Notes under the pieces: generated by a model
What the model was told of the DNA's origin: nothing
Seen by the model: only the letters and a program-made list of their open reading frames with translations
Database searches by the model: none
Translations under genes and position numbers: made by a program
Part shown: piece after piece, positions 48,914 to 59,327 of the stretch
How positions within the stretch are numbered: position 1 is the first letter of the stretch
Layout of the letters: each line of letters starts with the position of its first letter
NCBI GenBank assembly: GCA_964392345.1
Contig: CAYMPQ010000001.1
Span: 5,114-69,113, forward strand
Length of the DNA: 64,000 bases
DNA from: an uncultured Actinomycetota bacterium
GTDB taxonomy: Bacteria > Actinomycetota > Humimicrobiia > Humimicrobiales > Humimicrobiaceae
Direction of reading: 5' to 3'

Positions 48914-49234
48914 TTATTGCTCAGTTATAACATCCACGCCGACAGCTTTTATTATCGCATGCCTGAGTCTCTGTATTGCATAATCATTTCTTTTGCCCAG
49001 ACCGGGGATAACTACTATCGAAGGCAGAAATTTATCTGAATATTCTTTAATAATAAAGTCAAGTTTGACTGCAATCGTCTCTGTTACAAAAATAATGCCA
49101 TATTCTTCTGCTGCAAGATGTTTTATCTTTACTGCTGCTTCCTCTGCTTCACTGACTGGAAAAACATCAACTCCAATTGCCTTGAATATGAGCATAATAT
49201 CATTTTCACCAATTGCTGCGATTTTTGTCTTCAT
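48914..49234 (-). CDS. atpF: V/A-type ATP synthase subunit F
   Basis: 106 aa, [25 protein letters not shown] typical; operon position. Confidence 0.8.
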   Translation of the reverse strand: MKTKIAAIGENDIMLIFKAIGVDVFPVSEAEEAAVKIKHLAAEEYGIIFVTETIAVKLDFIIKEYSDKFLPSIVVIPGLGKRNDYAIQRLRHAIIKAVGVDVITEQ

Positions 49235-50261
49235 CTAACAATAAAACCTCGTGTCTTATTTTACTTCTGTCAATATCATACAGGATGCCTGTAAATACAA
49301 TACTTAAGTTTTTTAACTCTATCCTTTTTTTAATGAAAAAATCAACAATTTTTTCAAGATTTGATACAGTATATTTTACTGGATCAAAAAAATAAATGTA
49401 AAACAGTTCCTCACTTTTTTCAAAGGAATAAACTTCATCTGTAGCCTCATGCGGCAGTCCGGGCGCTTGCTTTACCAGCGGAGCATATCTTGTTTTGCTT
49501 ATCTGCTGTATAAAATATTCAAGGTTCTCATTCTCAAAATTTTTTAAAAATTTTATATCCAAAAACCCATTTTTATGCAGAAACAGGTCAAAATCAATTT
49601 TCTCGCCGGAAAACTTATTTCTGTAGATGTTTTTTATATTGAACATATCTATTATATGCTTTAAAAAGTCTTTTACCATGCTGCTCTTTATGGCAGCAAT
49701 TAAGCTGTACAACTTTTCCAAAAAAAATAATTCAAGTTTCAACTCTGCAGTTCTATGGTTTTTTTCCGTGATGCCGAGCATTGCTGCATACTGCAAAATA
49801 CTGCCGGTGTATAAATCAATATTTTCATGGCTCCCAGGATCCATAGCCCTTTTTAGTTGATTGTAGGAGTAAGAGACAGGGATGAAAAGTTTTTCCATGT
49901 CTCTGCTTAGGAATACAGATTTCATCATAAGCTTTATATTGTGCAGGTCCTCTTTAAGTGTTAGCAAATTAATAATAATCTGGTGTTCTGTTTTTAATCT
50001 ATCCTTTAGAAAACTAACCATGCTTTTTAGTTCAGAGGTTGCAACATTTTCAAAATTATAATTTACACCAGCACCAGTATCGGTAAGGTACTTTGAATAA
50101 TAAGTTTCATGCAGCATTCTAAGGAATTCATTTGCACTCTTTACGCCTACCATCCTTTTAATCTTCTGTTCTTCTATAAATTCTTTTTCTCTTGCTTTTA
50201 GCTCTGCGCATGCAAAAAGGTAGAAACTGTCATCGTTAATTGTGTAATCTGTTAGTGCCAA
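49206..50261 (-). CDS. atpC: V/A-type ATP synthase subunit C (d-like)
   Basis: 351 aa helical protein in the conserved position between E and F. Confidence 0.75.
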   Translation of the reverse strand: MALTDYTINDDSFYLFACAELKAREKEFIEEQKIKRMVGVKSANEFLRMLHETYYSKYLTDTGAGVNYNFENVATSELKSMVSFLKDRLKTEHQIIINLLTLKEDLHNIKLMMKSVFLSRDMEKLFIPVSYSYNQLKRAMDPGSHENIDLYTGSILQYAAMLGITEKNHRTAELKLELFFLEKLYSLIAAIKSSMVKDFLKHIIDMFNIKNIYRNKFSGEKIDFDLFLHKNGFLDIKFLKNFENENLEYFIQQISKTRYAPLVKQAPGLPHEATDEVYSFEKSEELFYIYFFDPVKYTVSNLEKIVDFFIKKRIELKNLSIVFTGILYDIDRSKIRHEVLLLDEDKNRSNW

Positions 50262-50857
50262 CTATCCTCCCTGCCAAAAAGAAAGAAAGCTATTTCCATT
50301 TTAATATCATCAATTTCAGCTTCAACTAATGTCTCAGGAGAAATGCAGTACTGTGCATTTCTGTTAAATATCTTAAGCCCTGTTTCAAACTCATCTCTGC
50401 TGTTTGATTTTTTTAAATGCACTTTCTCTAAAATAGACTGTATTGTTTCATCATCAATGCGTTTTTCATTTCTGCCGATCAGGTATGTTCCTTCCCGGAT
50501 GTCTGAACTGGCGAGACTCTTTTTTATAAATTTTATATAATCTTCTTTTCCCATTTCTGCGAGCTTATTTTTTGCCTTTTCTGTAATCCTGTCAATGACT
50601 TCAAGTTTATAGAGAAGTATTTTTTGCCTGAATTCTGTTTTTGCTTTTAAAATTTCCAGATCGTAAACCTCTCTGTACTTTTCACTGGCTTTTTGCTTCC
50701 CTTCATCAAGAAGTTTCTTTCTTCTGTTTTCTGTTTCTTTCAGCACTGCCAGAGCTCTTTCCCTGCCGCTATTTAAAATTTTTTCCCTTTCCAGGGCTGC
50801 GTCATCTAGAATCTTTTTTGAGACATTGTCTATGCCTGCAATCATATTTTCACCCAT
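50252..50857 (-). CDS. atpE: V/A-type ATP synthase subunit E
   Basis: 201 aa, N-terminal coiled coil rich in K/E/A, operon position. Confidence 0.8.
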   Translation of the reverse strand: MGENMIAGIDNVSKKILDDAALEREKILNSGRERALAVLKETENRRKKLLDEGKQKASEKYREVYDLEILKAKTEFRQKILLYKLEVIDRITEKAKNKLAEMGKEDYIKFIKKSLASSDIREGTYLIGRNEKRIDDETIQSILEKVHLKKSNSRDEFETGLKIFNRNAQYCISPETLVEAEIDDIKMEIAFFLFGREDSWH

Positions 50858-51321
50858 TAAAATTGTATGGAATTAATAAGAAAGAATGTAATAAGAAGTC
50901 CGAGTACCGCATAGGTTTCAACCATTGCAGCAAATATAACTCCCTTCATAACCTGGGTTGCCTGTTTTGCAACAAGGCTCACACCTGCTGCACAAACTTT
51001 TCCCTGATGTATTCCTGATGCCAGACCTGTAAGCGCAATTGGCAGTGCTGCAAAAAATAATTGCAGTCCCTGGTCAAGGCTTGTCACCTGACTAATTTTT
51101 CCAATAATTAAGAAAGCAGCAACAAAACCATAAAACCCCTGTGTTCCCGGAAGCACAACAAGTAGAAACAAGCTGCCGAATTTTGATGGATCCTCAGACA
51201 GCACGCCTGCTGCGGCTCTTCCAGAGTAGCCAATACCTATAATGGAACCAATGCTTGCGAGAGCGACTGCTATGCCTGCGCCAAATATTGCTGTTGCTGC
51301 AGCGAGTGATACGTTATCCAT
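50857..51321 (-). CDS. atpK: V/A-type ATP synthase proteolipid subunit K (c-ring)
   Basis: 154 aa, four hydrophobic helices (duplicated hairpin), G/A-rich helices, conserved carboxylate in the last hairpin. Confidence 0.85.
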   Translation of the reverse strand: MDNVSLAAATAIFGAGIAVALASIGSIIGIGYSGRAAAGVLSEDPSKFGSLFLLVVLPGTQGFYGFVAAFLIIGKISQVTSLDQGLQLFFAALPIALTGLASGIHQGKVCAAGVSLVAKQATQVMKGVIFAAMVETYAVLGLLITFFLINSIQF

Positions 51322-51335
51322 TTTTCCTCCTGTTG

Positions 51336-53321
51336 TTAATCAACTATTGTTATATATTTATAATTATCTTTAAGTAGTTTGAATGGCCTTCCGCCGCCAA
51401 CATAAAATTTTTGAAAAAATTCCACATACTGAAGCCTTAACGTGTGAACAAATCCGCCAAGTATATTAATTGCTATATTCATTATATGGCCAAATACAAG
51501 AATTAAAATCATAATTATAAAGCCGACTGCCGGGAATGAAAGTGCCTGAAATGCTATCTTGTTTATAGCAACACCGATGCCAGCTGTTACCAGCCCCAGC
51601 GCCATTAGCCTGATGTATGAAAGAAAATCACCAAGATATGATGTTAATCCGTTAACTACTGTAAGGTTTAAAACCCCCATAAACAACCTGAACCCCCAGC
51701 TTTTTTCATTTCTTGCAGAGAATAAAATTATGACCAGAGCTGAAGGAAGAATTACCCAGATAAGGTATTTTGACAGGTATGCCGGGAATATAGGGGCATC
51801 CGCAAACTGCATGCTGACTGCGATGCTTGATGAGAGTACGATTACAAGAAGGGAAAGAATAATCAAAATCCATGGGAAAGCGTCAAGGAATGCACCTCCA
51901 TAATCTTTACGTCTCAGCGAGTCAAAGAACCTGATAAACATGCCAAAGATAATCTGGACAGCCCCGACAAACAGTGCAAGCCTGAAGAAGTTCATAGAAC
52001 CTTCACTTGTGTTTATAGGGTCGCCCAGAATAGCAAGTTTTAAGAAAAATTTATCAATACCCATGTAAGCAGGCAGATCACCAAACCATCCGTTAAATAA
52101 TACACCGGAAATTATAGTAAAAACTGCCCCATAAAATATCAGCATCATGAATTTTTTAGCCCCTTTCATCCTGAAAGCAAGAACCAGGGCCAACACTGCA
52201 AGGATAATCCCATAACCTGCATCAGTAAGGCAAAGACCGAAAAAAGCTGCAAAAAATATTGAAACGAGCGGAGTAGGATCAAGCTCAAAATATTTTGGGA
52301 CGCCATAAAGGTCAATAATTATTTCAAAAGGCCTAAATAATGGCTTGTTTTCCAGTATAGTTGGGATTTCTTCGCCTTCATCCGGCTCCACTTCTGTAAC
52401 TTTTGTAAATTTATGTTTTTTGATAATTGAAAAAACTTTATCCATGTCAGTTTCCTTAACCCAGGCAGTATAGAAGGACACAGATTCTGTTGAAAATCCT
52501 GATTCTATGGCATTATTTATTTCAAGATTATTTTCCAGGTAATTAAGGTAAACTATCAGATTTTTCTTATGGTTTTTAGATATTTCTTTTATCTCAGCCA
52601 GTATGGCATTTTTTCTCTTTTCGTGATAGCCAAGCTGCTTTTTTGCGGCGGCAATATTTTCTGTAACAGTTCCGCTGCAGCCTGCTGTCTCAGCTTCTTC
52701 AAAGGATAACTTACTCAAACATTCTTCTGCATCTTTTTTATTTATGTTGTGATAGGCTGCTATAATGCAGGCATGGTCTTTGCCTTGAGATATTTTCTCA
52801 ACCGGGATATTTTTTTTGTTTAACTCTTCTGTGAGGCTGCTAAATTCTTTTTGCCTGCATTTGATTTTTCCTAATTTAATTGTATATAGATCTGTTGTTC
52901 TAATATCTTCAAGTTTACCCCTGTAGGCTGTCCACTTAGCCAGGCTGCCCAGCCGTGATTTAATATCGTTGATTTTTGAAGATGTAATGCTGATTTCCTC
53001 TTTTGCTTTTAATACTTCATTGATTATCTGCTCAAAATCATATTTTTCTAAAATTTCTTCATACTCTTTTCTTTTAAGAACATATTTTCCAGCTTTTGAG
53101 CCAATTTGTTTTTTTTCTTTAAAGCTATCAAGGATATCAATAGCCTTGCTTAAATCTGTTGCGTGCCCTGAAGGTGCGCTTAACTGTATAAAAGCTGCAT
53201 CTATTTTTTCTTTGTAAGGCTTAATTTCCACTACTGCTGCTTTTTGCAGCTCTTTCAGGACATTTTCTTCATCAGATTTGTGGGTAATGATGAGTAATTT
53301 TTTTAATTTTGCTACTGCCAT
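51336..53321 (-). CDS. atpI: V/A-type ATP synthase subunit I (a-like stator)
   Basis: 661 aa: N-terminal soluble coiled-coil half plus C-terminal polytopic membrane half with a conserved Arg-containing helix. Confidence 0.85.
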   Translation of the reverse strand: MAVAKLKKLLIITHKSDEENVLKELQKAAVVEIKPYKEKIDAAFIQLSAPSGHATDLSKAIDILDSFKEKKQIGSKAGKYVLKRKEYEEILEKYDFEQIINEVLKAKEEISITSSKINDIKSRLGSLAKWTAYRGKLEDIRTTDLYTIKLGKIKCRQKEFSSLTEELNKKNIPVEKISQGKDHACIIAAYHNINKKDAEECLSKLSFEEAETAGCSGTVTENIAAAKKQLGYHEKRKNAILAEIKEISKNHKKNLIVYLNYLENNLEINNAIESGFSTESVSFYTAWVKETDMDKVFSIIKKHKFTKVTEVEPDEGEEIPTILENKPLFRPFEIIIDLYGVPKYFELDPTPLVSIFFAAFFGLCLTDAGYGIILAVLALVLAFRMKGAKKFMMLIFYGAVFTIISGVLFNGWFGDLPAYMGIDKFFLKLAILGDPINTSEGSMNFFRLALFVGAVQIIFGMFIRFFDSLRRKDYGGAFLDAFPWILIILSLLVIVLSSSIAVSMQFADAPIFPAYLSKYLIWVILPSALVIILFSARNEKSWGFRLFMGVLNLTVVNGLTSYLGDFLSYIRLMALGLVTAGIGVAINKIAFQALSFPAVGFIIMILILVFGHIMNIAINILGGFVHTLRLQYVEFFQKFYVGGGRPFKLLKDNYKYITIVD

Positions 53322-53632
53322 CAGTTAGAAATCCTCTGGACAATTTTATTTACTGCTTCCTCTTCCTTGTACGAAGCAATTTTTTTTATGTCACTTAATT
53401 CTTTGTCAAAATCTTCTTTAAGTACTTCAATTTCTTTTTTTGCATCAGCTTTTGCTTTAGTTTCGTATTTACTGATCATATTGCCAATTTCTTTTTTTGT
53501 TTCTTCTAAGATTTCCTTGCTTTTAGAGTAAGCTTTTTCAACAATTTCTGCAGATTCTTTCTTGGAAAGGTTAATTATCTCTTTTGCCTTTTCTTCAGAT
53601 TCTTTAATTTTCTTAATAATGTTGTCAACCAT
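53321..53632 (-). CDS. atpG: V/A-type ATP synthase subunit G/H (peripheral stalk)
   Basis: 103 aa, K/E-rich predicted coiled coil, first gene of the operon. Confidence 0.6.
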   Translation of the reverse strand: MVDNIIKKIKESEEKAKEIINLSKKESAEIVEKAYSKSKEILEETKKEIGNMISKYETKAKADAKKEIEVLKEDFDKELSDIKKIASYKEEEAVNKIVQRISN

Positions 53633-53900
53633 AATTTTACCTGCAAGCTGTAATGATATTATAAAATAGTTTTGAAGGTTTATTATATCAATAGACTTAT
53701 TTGTGTCAATAATTTCAAACTGTCTTAAGAAAAGATATATTTACAGTAAAGCACTTTTCCGTGGGGTGAAAGCAGGTTTGACAGTTAACGCTTTTGTGAT
53801 AAAATTTTATACCCTTACAGGTGTTTAATTTTTATGTTTAGCTGAAGATACTATATAATATTAATATGTGCAGAATAAAAATTCATGCTGTTTGAGGCAT

Positions 53901-55181
53901 ATGGAAAAATTTATAATAAATGGCGGAAAAACTTTGTCAGGAAGGGTAAGAGTAAGCGGAGCAAAAAACTCTGCGCTAAAACTAATTGCTGCGTCTATAA
54001 TGGCTGACAGCAAGGTCACCTTAAAAAATGTTCCTAAAATTGAAGATGTAGCCACCATGGTTGAGGTTATAAAGACGCTTGGCGTAAAAGTTAATGTTGA
54101 TGATAAGAACGGTATTCTGGAAATAGATCCGCGCAATATAAAAAGTTACGAAGCTCCTTATGAACTGGTAAGGAAGATGAGAGCATCTGTACTGGTGGCA
54201 GGGCCGCTGCTAAGTAAGTTTGGCAGTGTAAAATTAGCAATTCCAGGCGGCTGTAATATTGGTTCAAGGGGAATTGATCTCCACCTTAAGGGGTTTGAAG
54301 CTATGGGCGCAGAAAATGTTGTAGAGCACGGGTATATTTACTGCAGGGTAAAGAGTGGTAAAACAGGCAGCAGGTTAATTGGAAGTAATATAAATTTAGA
54401 TTTTCCCTCAAGAGGAGCTACTGAAAATATAATGATGGCTGCAGTTCTTGCAAAGGGTAAAACTGTGATTAACAATGTTGCGCAGGAGCCAGAAATTGTG
54501 GACCTGGCAAATTTTTTAATCTCTATGGGCGCAGAGATCCAGGGCGGAGGAACAAATTGCATAACCATATATGGTGTAAAAAAGCTTCATGGGGCCAGTT
54601 ACAGTGTTATACCTGACAGCATAGAAGCAGGAACTTTTATTGCGGCAGCAAGTTTGTGCGGCGGGACAGTAGAGGTGGAAGATGCAATATGGAAAAACCT
54701 TGAAATGTTTTGTCTCAAGCTGAAAGAAGCAGGTGTAGATATAAATACTATTGGTGAAAATAAAATAGTCGTGAGCAATTCAGGAAATAAGCTAAATCCG
54801 GTATGCATAAGCACTCTTCCTTATCCGGGGTTTCCTACTGATCTGCAGCCTATAGCGGTAGTGCTGCTATCTGTAGTTCCGGGAATATCTGTGGTTACAG
54901 AGAATGTTTTTGAGAACAGGTTTATGTATGTAGATGAATTAAATAGAATGGGGGCTAACATAAAAATTGATGGCCATCATGCAGTAATAAACGGAACAGA
55001 AAAATTATCAGGTGCGCCGATCAGGGCCTTTGATCTTCGTGCAGGAGCTGCCATGGTACTGGCCGGGCTTGCAGCGGAGGGAGTTACGGAGGTAAGTGAT
55101 ATCTACCACGTAAAGAGGGGATATGAAAATTTTGAGGAAAAATTAGCAAGCATTGGAGCTGACATAAAAATAGTTAATTAA
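53901..55181 (+). CDS. murA: UDP-N-acetylglucosamine 1-carboxyvinyltransferase. Start MEKFIINGG; the track ORF begins 33 nt earlier.
   Basis: Canonical MurA N-terminus, active-site Cys loop (GGCNIGSRGID), 427 aa; gagg RBS. Confidence 0.9.
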   Translation: MEKFIINGGKTLSGRVRVSGAKNSALKLIAASIMADSKVTLKNVPKIEDVATMVEVIKTLGVKVNVDDKNGILEIDPRNIKSYEAPYELVRKMRASVLVAGPLLSKFGSVKLAIPGGCNIGSRGIDLHLKGFEAMGAENVVEHGYIYCRVKSGKTGSRLIGSNINLDFPSRGATENIMMAAVLAKGKTVINNVAQEPEIVDLANFLISMGAEIQGGGTNCITIYGVKKLHGASYSVIPDSIEAGTFIAAASLCGGTVEVEDAIWKNLEMFCLKLKEAGVDINTIGENKIVVSNSGNKLNPVCISTLPYPGFPTDLQPIAVVLLSVVPGISVVTENVFENRFMYVDELNRMGANIKIDGHHAVINGTEKLSGAPIRAFDLRAGAAMVLAGLAAEGVTEVSDIYHVKRGYENFEEKLASIGADIKIVN

Positions 55182-55249
55182 AACTAAGATTTATATAAAT
55201 TTGCTGTATTTTTAAATGGTGTTTACCAGATTTTGCAGAACAGTAAAAA

Positions 55250-57349
55250 ATGAAAGGAAAAAGAATTAAAAAAGAAATAATAAATAATAAAAAAAATAAT
55301 AACCCCAGCGCTGCAAAGAGCAGCAAGAATCTAATTATTAAAAAAGAAGGTAAAAAAAGAACAAAATTTGGAAAATTACCAAAATATGCAAGGATAATTA
55401 TAATAACTGTTTTGTCGCTGGCTGTTGTTGTTGGTTTGTGCGCAGTTAGTCTTTTTATTTATATTGGATCAATCAATGACAGCATAAATTCTATTACTAC
55501 TTCTGAAATTGAAAATATCCTTGCTCCTGTAGAATCTCCAAAGGAGCCGGTAACTATCCTCATATTAGGGAGGGACAGCAGGGATAGTGAAAATGAAAAG
55601 GGCCGGGCCGATACTATTATGCTGATGTACCTGGATCCGCAGGAAGGAAGGGGTTCGCTTCTTTCCATACCAAGAGACACCTTTGTTGAAATTCCGGGAT
55701 ACGGAGAAGATAAAATAAATGCAGCTTATACCTATGGCGAAGAAGAGCTTATGATAAAAACCGTCTCTAATCTTTTAGAAGCGGAAATAAATCATTATAT
55801 CACTGTGGACTTTGAGGGATTTGTCAAACTGGTTGATGAGCTTGGCGGAGTGGATGTTGTCATTGAAAGGCCGCTTGTTGATCCAAAGAGCGGCGCTAAT
55901 TTTTCTGCTGGTAATCACCACTTTACAGGTGAACAGGCGCTTTCTTATACAAGGAGCCGGTCTACAGAACTTGGTGACATAGGAAGGATACAACGTCAGC
56001 AGTATCTTGTCAGCCAGCTTTTAGATCAAAAATTAAACATAAAGTACCTGTCTAAAATTTCGTATTATTTTAATATCCTTGTGGAAAATACCAAGACAGA
56101 TCTGGATACTTTGACAATAGCTCAATATGCGAAGGCAGTCCTGTCTTTTAATACAGATAGTTTTAAAACTGCCATTATACCATCCTGCCCTGACTGGACC
56201 AAGAATGGAACCATAAGTGTTCAAATACCTGATGTAGAAGAAGCAAGAGCAATGTGGCAAAGAATACTTAACGGGGAGCCGTCAAGCGAATACAGTGCTT
56301 CATATGGTGATGTTGATGATATTCCTGATAATATGGCTGAAGGTACAGAATATAATTTTAAAGTAATAGTAAAAAACACAGGAGTTCTTACATGGGACAA
56401 GGGTGGAGAAAACCTGGTTTACTTAAGCTATCACTGGATAGATTTTAAAAGTAAAGAAATGATTGTTTTTGATGGCTACAGAAGTGTTCTTCCCCAACAG
56501 CAGGTAAAGCCAGGGGAAAAAGTAATATTTGACATAAAAGTGAAGTCACCTCCCGAGGAGGGAGAGTATGTTCTGCAGATAGATCTGGTCCATGAGCGCA
56601 TCACCTGGTTCTCTTATCAAGGTGTTCAGCCGCTTGAAAAGTATGTAAGTGTAAATATAGCTTATTCTGCAAAGTATGATGATTTTGGAACTACTCCCAA
56701 TTATCTGGATCCGGGGCAGGAATTTGAATCAGAAGTTACAGTTAAAAATAGCGGGTTCCTGTTGTGGGAGCATAGCAAAAGACGTGGAAGAGTGAATTTG
56801 GGAACTCACTGGGTTAATAGAGACACAGGAGAGATTGTAGTGTGGGATGGAGGCAGAGGTTTGCTTGCAGGTGATGTCTCACACGATGAGGAGTCTGTCG
56901 TAAACATGAAAATTAAGGCACCTGATAAACCGGGGAGATACACGCTTCAATATGATATGGTTCATGAAGGGGTCACGTGGTTTTCAGAAAAAGGAGTCAT
57001 ACCTTTAGAGATAGATATAAATGTTGGCGAGACTTTAGATAAGGGAGTAGTTAAAAGCACTTCAGTTAAGATATTTAATGGGAATGGGACCGGCGGATCT
57101 GCCCGTGAATTTGGAGAATATTTAAAGAGCTATGGTTTTAAAGTTTATTCTCTGGCAAACGCAGAAAGTTCTGATTTTGAAGAAAGCATTATAATTTACA
57201 AGGAGAGCGAAAAAGAAAAAGCGCAGCAGTTGGCCCTTGTTCTTAGCAGTTACAGTACTGAAACGTACAGCAGCAAGTGGAGCTATTACGGTACTTCTGC
57301 AGACTTGATTTTAATACTGGGTAAAGATTATAAAGAAAATATGCGCTAA
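55250..57349 (+). CDS. LytR-CpsA-Psr (LCP) family glycopolymer transferase: basic cytoplasmic tail, TM anchor, LCP catalytic domain, two tandem ~100-aa beta-sandwich repeats and a C-terminal LytR_C domain
   Basis: LCP motifs ILILGRDSRD...RADTIMLMYLDP...SIPRDT; internal repeats share VKNTG..W...HW.D...E.VV.DG.R...G......K.P...G.Y.LQ.D.VHE..TWFS..GV.PLE; terminal VKIFNGNGTGGSAREFGEYLKSYGFKV is LytR_C-like. Confidence 0.8.
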   Translation: MKGKRIKKEIINNKKNNNPSAAKSSKNLIIKKEGKKRTKFGKLPKYARIIIITVLSLAVVVGLCAVSLFIYIGSINDSINSITTSEIENILAPVESPKEPVTILILGRDSRDSENEKGRADTIMLMYLDPQEGRGSLLSIPRDTFVEIPGYGEDKINAAYTYGEEELMIKTVSNLLEAEINHYITVDFEGFVKLVDELGGVDVVIERPLVDPKSGANFSAGNHHFTGEQALSYTRSRSTELGDIGRIQRQQYLVSQLLDQKLNIKYLSKISYYFNILVENTKTDLDTLTIAQYAKAVLSFNTDSFKTAIIPSCPDWTKNGTISVQIPDVEEARAMWQRILNGEPSSEYSASYGDVDDIPDNMAEGTEYNFKVIVKNTGVLTWDKGGENLVYLSYHWIDFKSKEMIVFDGYRSVLPQQQVKPGEKVIFDIKVKSPPEEGEYVLQIDLVHERITWFSYQGVQPLEKYVSVNIAYSAKYDDFGTTPNYLDPGQEFESEVTVKNSGFLLWEHSKRRGRVNLGTHWVNRDTGEIVVWDGGRGLLAGDVSHDEESVVNMKIKAPDKPGRYTLQYDMVHEGVTWFSEKGVIPLEIDINVGETLDKGVVKSTSVKIFNGNGTGGSAREFGEYLKSYGFKVYSLANAESSDFEESIIIYKESEKEKAQQLALVLSSYSTETYSSKWSYYGTSADLILILGKDYKENMR

Positions 57350-57391
57350 ATTTGGACCATATGCTCTTCTAATCTATGTTATAATATTTTT

Positions 57392-59296
57392 ATGGATAAA
57401 AGATATTCGTTTAAAATAATAAGGCAAGCTATATTTGATATACTCATAATTTTTTCTTCCTTTGTCATTTCCTTTTTTCTCAGGGGGCAACTTGACTTTG
57501 GTGGAGGCGGAGGGCTCTTCTCCCAGTATTATAACTTTATTGTATGGTATGTCACCGTCATAATCATAGTAAAAGTTCTGATGTTCTGGTTGTTTGGGAT
57601 GTACAGGAGGGTTTGGAAATATGCGTCACTGAAAGATTTGACAGCTATAGTGGAAGCAGTTACCTTAAGCTCAATTATTGTAATAGCAATCTTTTATGCT
57701 ACAAGCCATCCGATATCTGTGTTCGGAGTAAAGATAAATTTTTCTCTTCCTTATTTTCCAAGAAGCATTTTTGTAATTGATTATCTTCTTACCTTAATTT
57801 TGGTAATGGTATCCCGATTTTCTGAAAGATTTTTTAATGAACTTAAGTTTGGCAACCCGGATACCCGAAAGAAAAGAGTGCTTATTGTTGGTGCCGGGGA
57901 TGCAGGAGAGATGATTGTCAGGGAAATGATAAGGCAGAGAAATAGTGAATATATGCCCATAGGCTTTTTAGATGATGATAAATTGAAATTAAAGCAGCAG
58001 ATACATGGAGTCAAAGTTTTGGACACAATACTGAATATGGAAAATGTTATTAAAAAATATTCAGTTGACGAGGTAATAATAGCAATGCCTTCTGCTTCAA
58101 GCAAAGCCAGAAAAGAAGTTGCTTTTAGAGCAAAGGAAGCCGGCGCTAACTGTAAAACACTCCCAAGCTTGTATGAGGTAATTGATGGGAAGGTCTATCT
58201 GTACCAGATAAGGGACATAGAAATAGAAGATATCCTGGGAAGAGAGCCTGTAAAGATAAAAATTCCTGAAGTAGCGTCGGAAATAAAAGATAAAGTAGTT
58301 TTAATAAGCGGCGCCGGCGGTTCTATTGGATCTGAAATATGCAGGCAAATATTAAGGTTTAGTCCGGGGAAAATAATACTGGTTGATCATGCAGAAAATA
58401 ACCTATTTTTAATAGAAGAAGAACTAACCAATAAACTTGCCTTTACAGAAGTAGTTCCAGTAGTTGCCGATATAAGGGACAGGGAAGCTATGAATGGGGT
58501 ATTTGAAAATTACAGGCCATCTATTGTATTCCATGCTGCTGCATATAAGCATGTACCGCTGATGCAGTTAAACCCGGAAGCTGCTGTCAGAAACAATTAT
58601 TTGGGCACTAAAATGCTGGCCAAATTTTCTATAGATTTTGGAGTAAGCAGATTTGTGATGCTGTCTACAGATAAAGCAGTACATCCTGAAAATATAATGG
58701 GGGTTTCAAAGTTACTTTCAGAAAAATACCTCCAGGCTTTATCAAAAGTAAAAAATACAAGGTTTATGATAGTAAGGTTTGGCAATGTTCTTGGAAGCCA
58801 TGGAAGCGTGGTCCCTGTATTTAAAGAGCAAATTCGTTCCGGAGGCCCGCTAAGAGTTACTCATCCTGACATGAAAAGGTATTTTATGACCATACCTGAA
58901 TCAGCACAGCTTGTGATACAGGCATGCATAATGGGAAAAGGCGGAGAGATATATGTTCTGGATATGGGTGAGCCTATAAATATTTTAGATCTTGCAACAA
59001 ACATGATAAAGATATACGGAATGGAACCCGGAAAAGATATTGAAATTATATATACTGGTCCAAGATATGGTGAAAAGATGGACGAGGAACTGGTTGGAGA
59101 AGACGAAAAGCTGGTATCAACTGAACTTGAACAAATATTTGAGGCAAAAAATAAAAATAAGGGAGATAAAGAGAAAAATTTAGATATATTGTTCAATATA
59201 GAAAAAGAAGTTCAACTCCATGATTACAATAATTTATTTAAAGATTTAAAAAAGATAGTGCCTAACTTTGATGAAAAAAAGATGTGGTTTAGATGA
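57392..59296 (+). CDS. Polysaccharide biosynthesis protein CapD/WbpM/PglF-like (membrane-anchored UDP-sugar 4,6-dehydratase)
   Basis: N-terminal four-TM domain, two Rossmann motifs (VLIVGAGDAGE; VLISGAGGSIGSE), SDR YxxxK (YKHVPLM... K); 634 aa. Confidence 0.85.
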   Translation: MDKRYSFKIIRQAIFDILIIFSSFVISFFLRGQLDFGGGGGLFSQYYNFIVWYVTVIIIVKVLMFWLFGMYRRVWKYASLKDLTAIVEAVTLSSIIVIAIFYATSHPISVFGVKINFSLPYFPRSIFVIDYLLTLILVMVSRFSERFFNELKFGNPDTRKKRVLIVGAGDAGEMIVREMIRQRNSEYMPIGFLDDDKLKLKQQIHGVKVLDTILNMENVIKKYSVDEVIIAMPSASSKARKEVAFRAKEAGANCKTLPSLYEVIDGKVYLYQIRDIEIEDILGREPVKIKIPEVASEIKDKVVLISGAGGSIGSEICRQILRFSPGKIILVDHAENNLFLIEEELTNKLAFTEVVPVVADIRDREAMNGVFENYRPSIVFHAAAYKHVPLMQLNPEAAVRNNYLGTKMLAKFSIDFGVSRFVMLSTDKAVHPENIMGVSKLLSEKYLQALSKVKNTRFMIVRFGNVLGSHGSVVPVFKEQIRSGGPLRVTHPDMKRYFMTIPESAQLVIQACIMGKGGEIYVLDMGEPINILDLATNMIKIYGMEPGKDIEIIYTGPRYGEKMDEELVGEDEKLVSTELEQIFEAKNKNKGDKEKNLDILFNIEKEVQLHDYNNLFKDLKKIVPNFDEKKMWFR

Positions 59297-59327
59297 TGAA
59301 AAATTTAGGTTGGCAAATTTATAGTCT

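Noticed and set aside
51559-51903. 114-aa plus-strand ORF
   Set aside because: Antisense within the V-ATPase subunit I gene.
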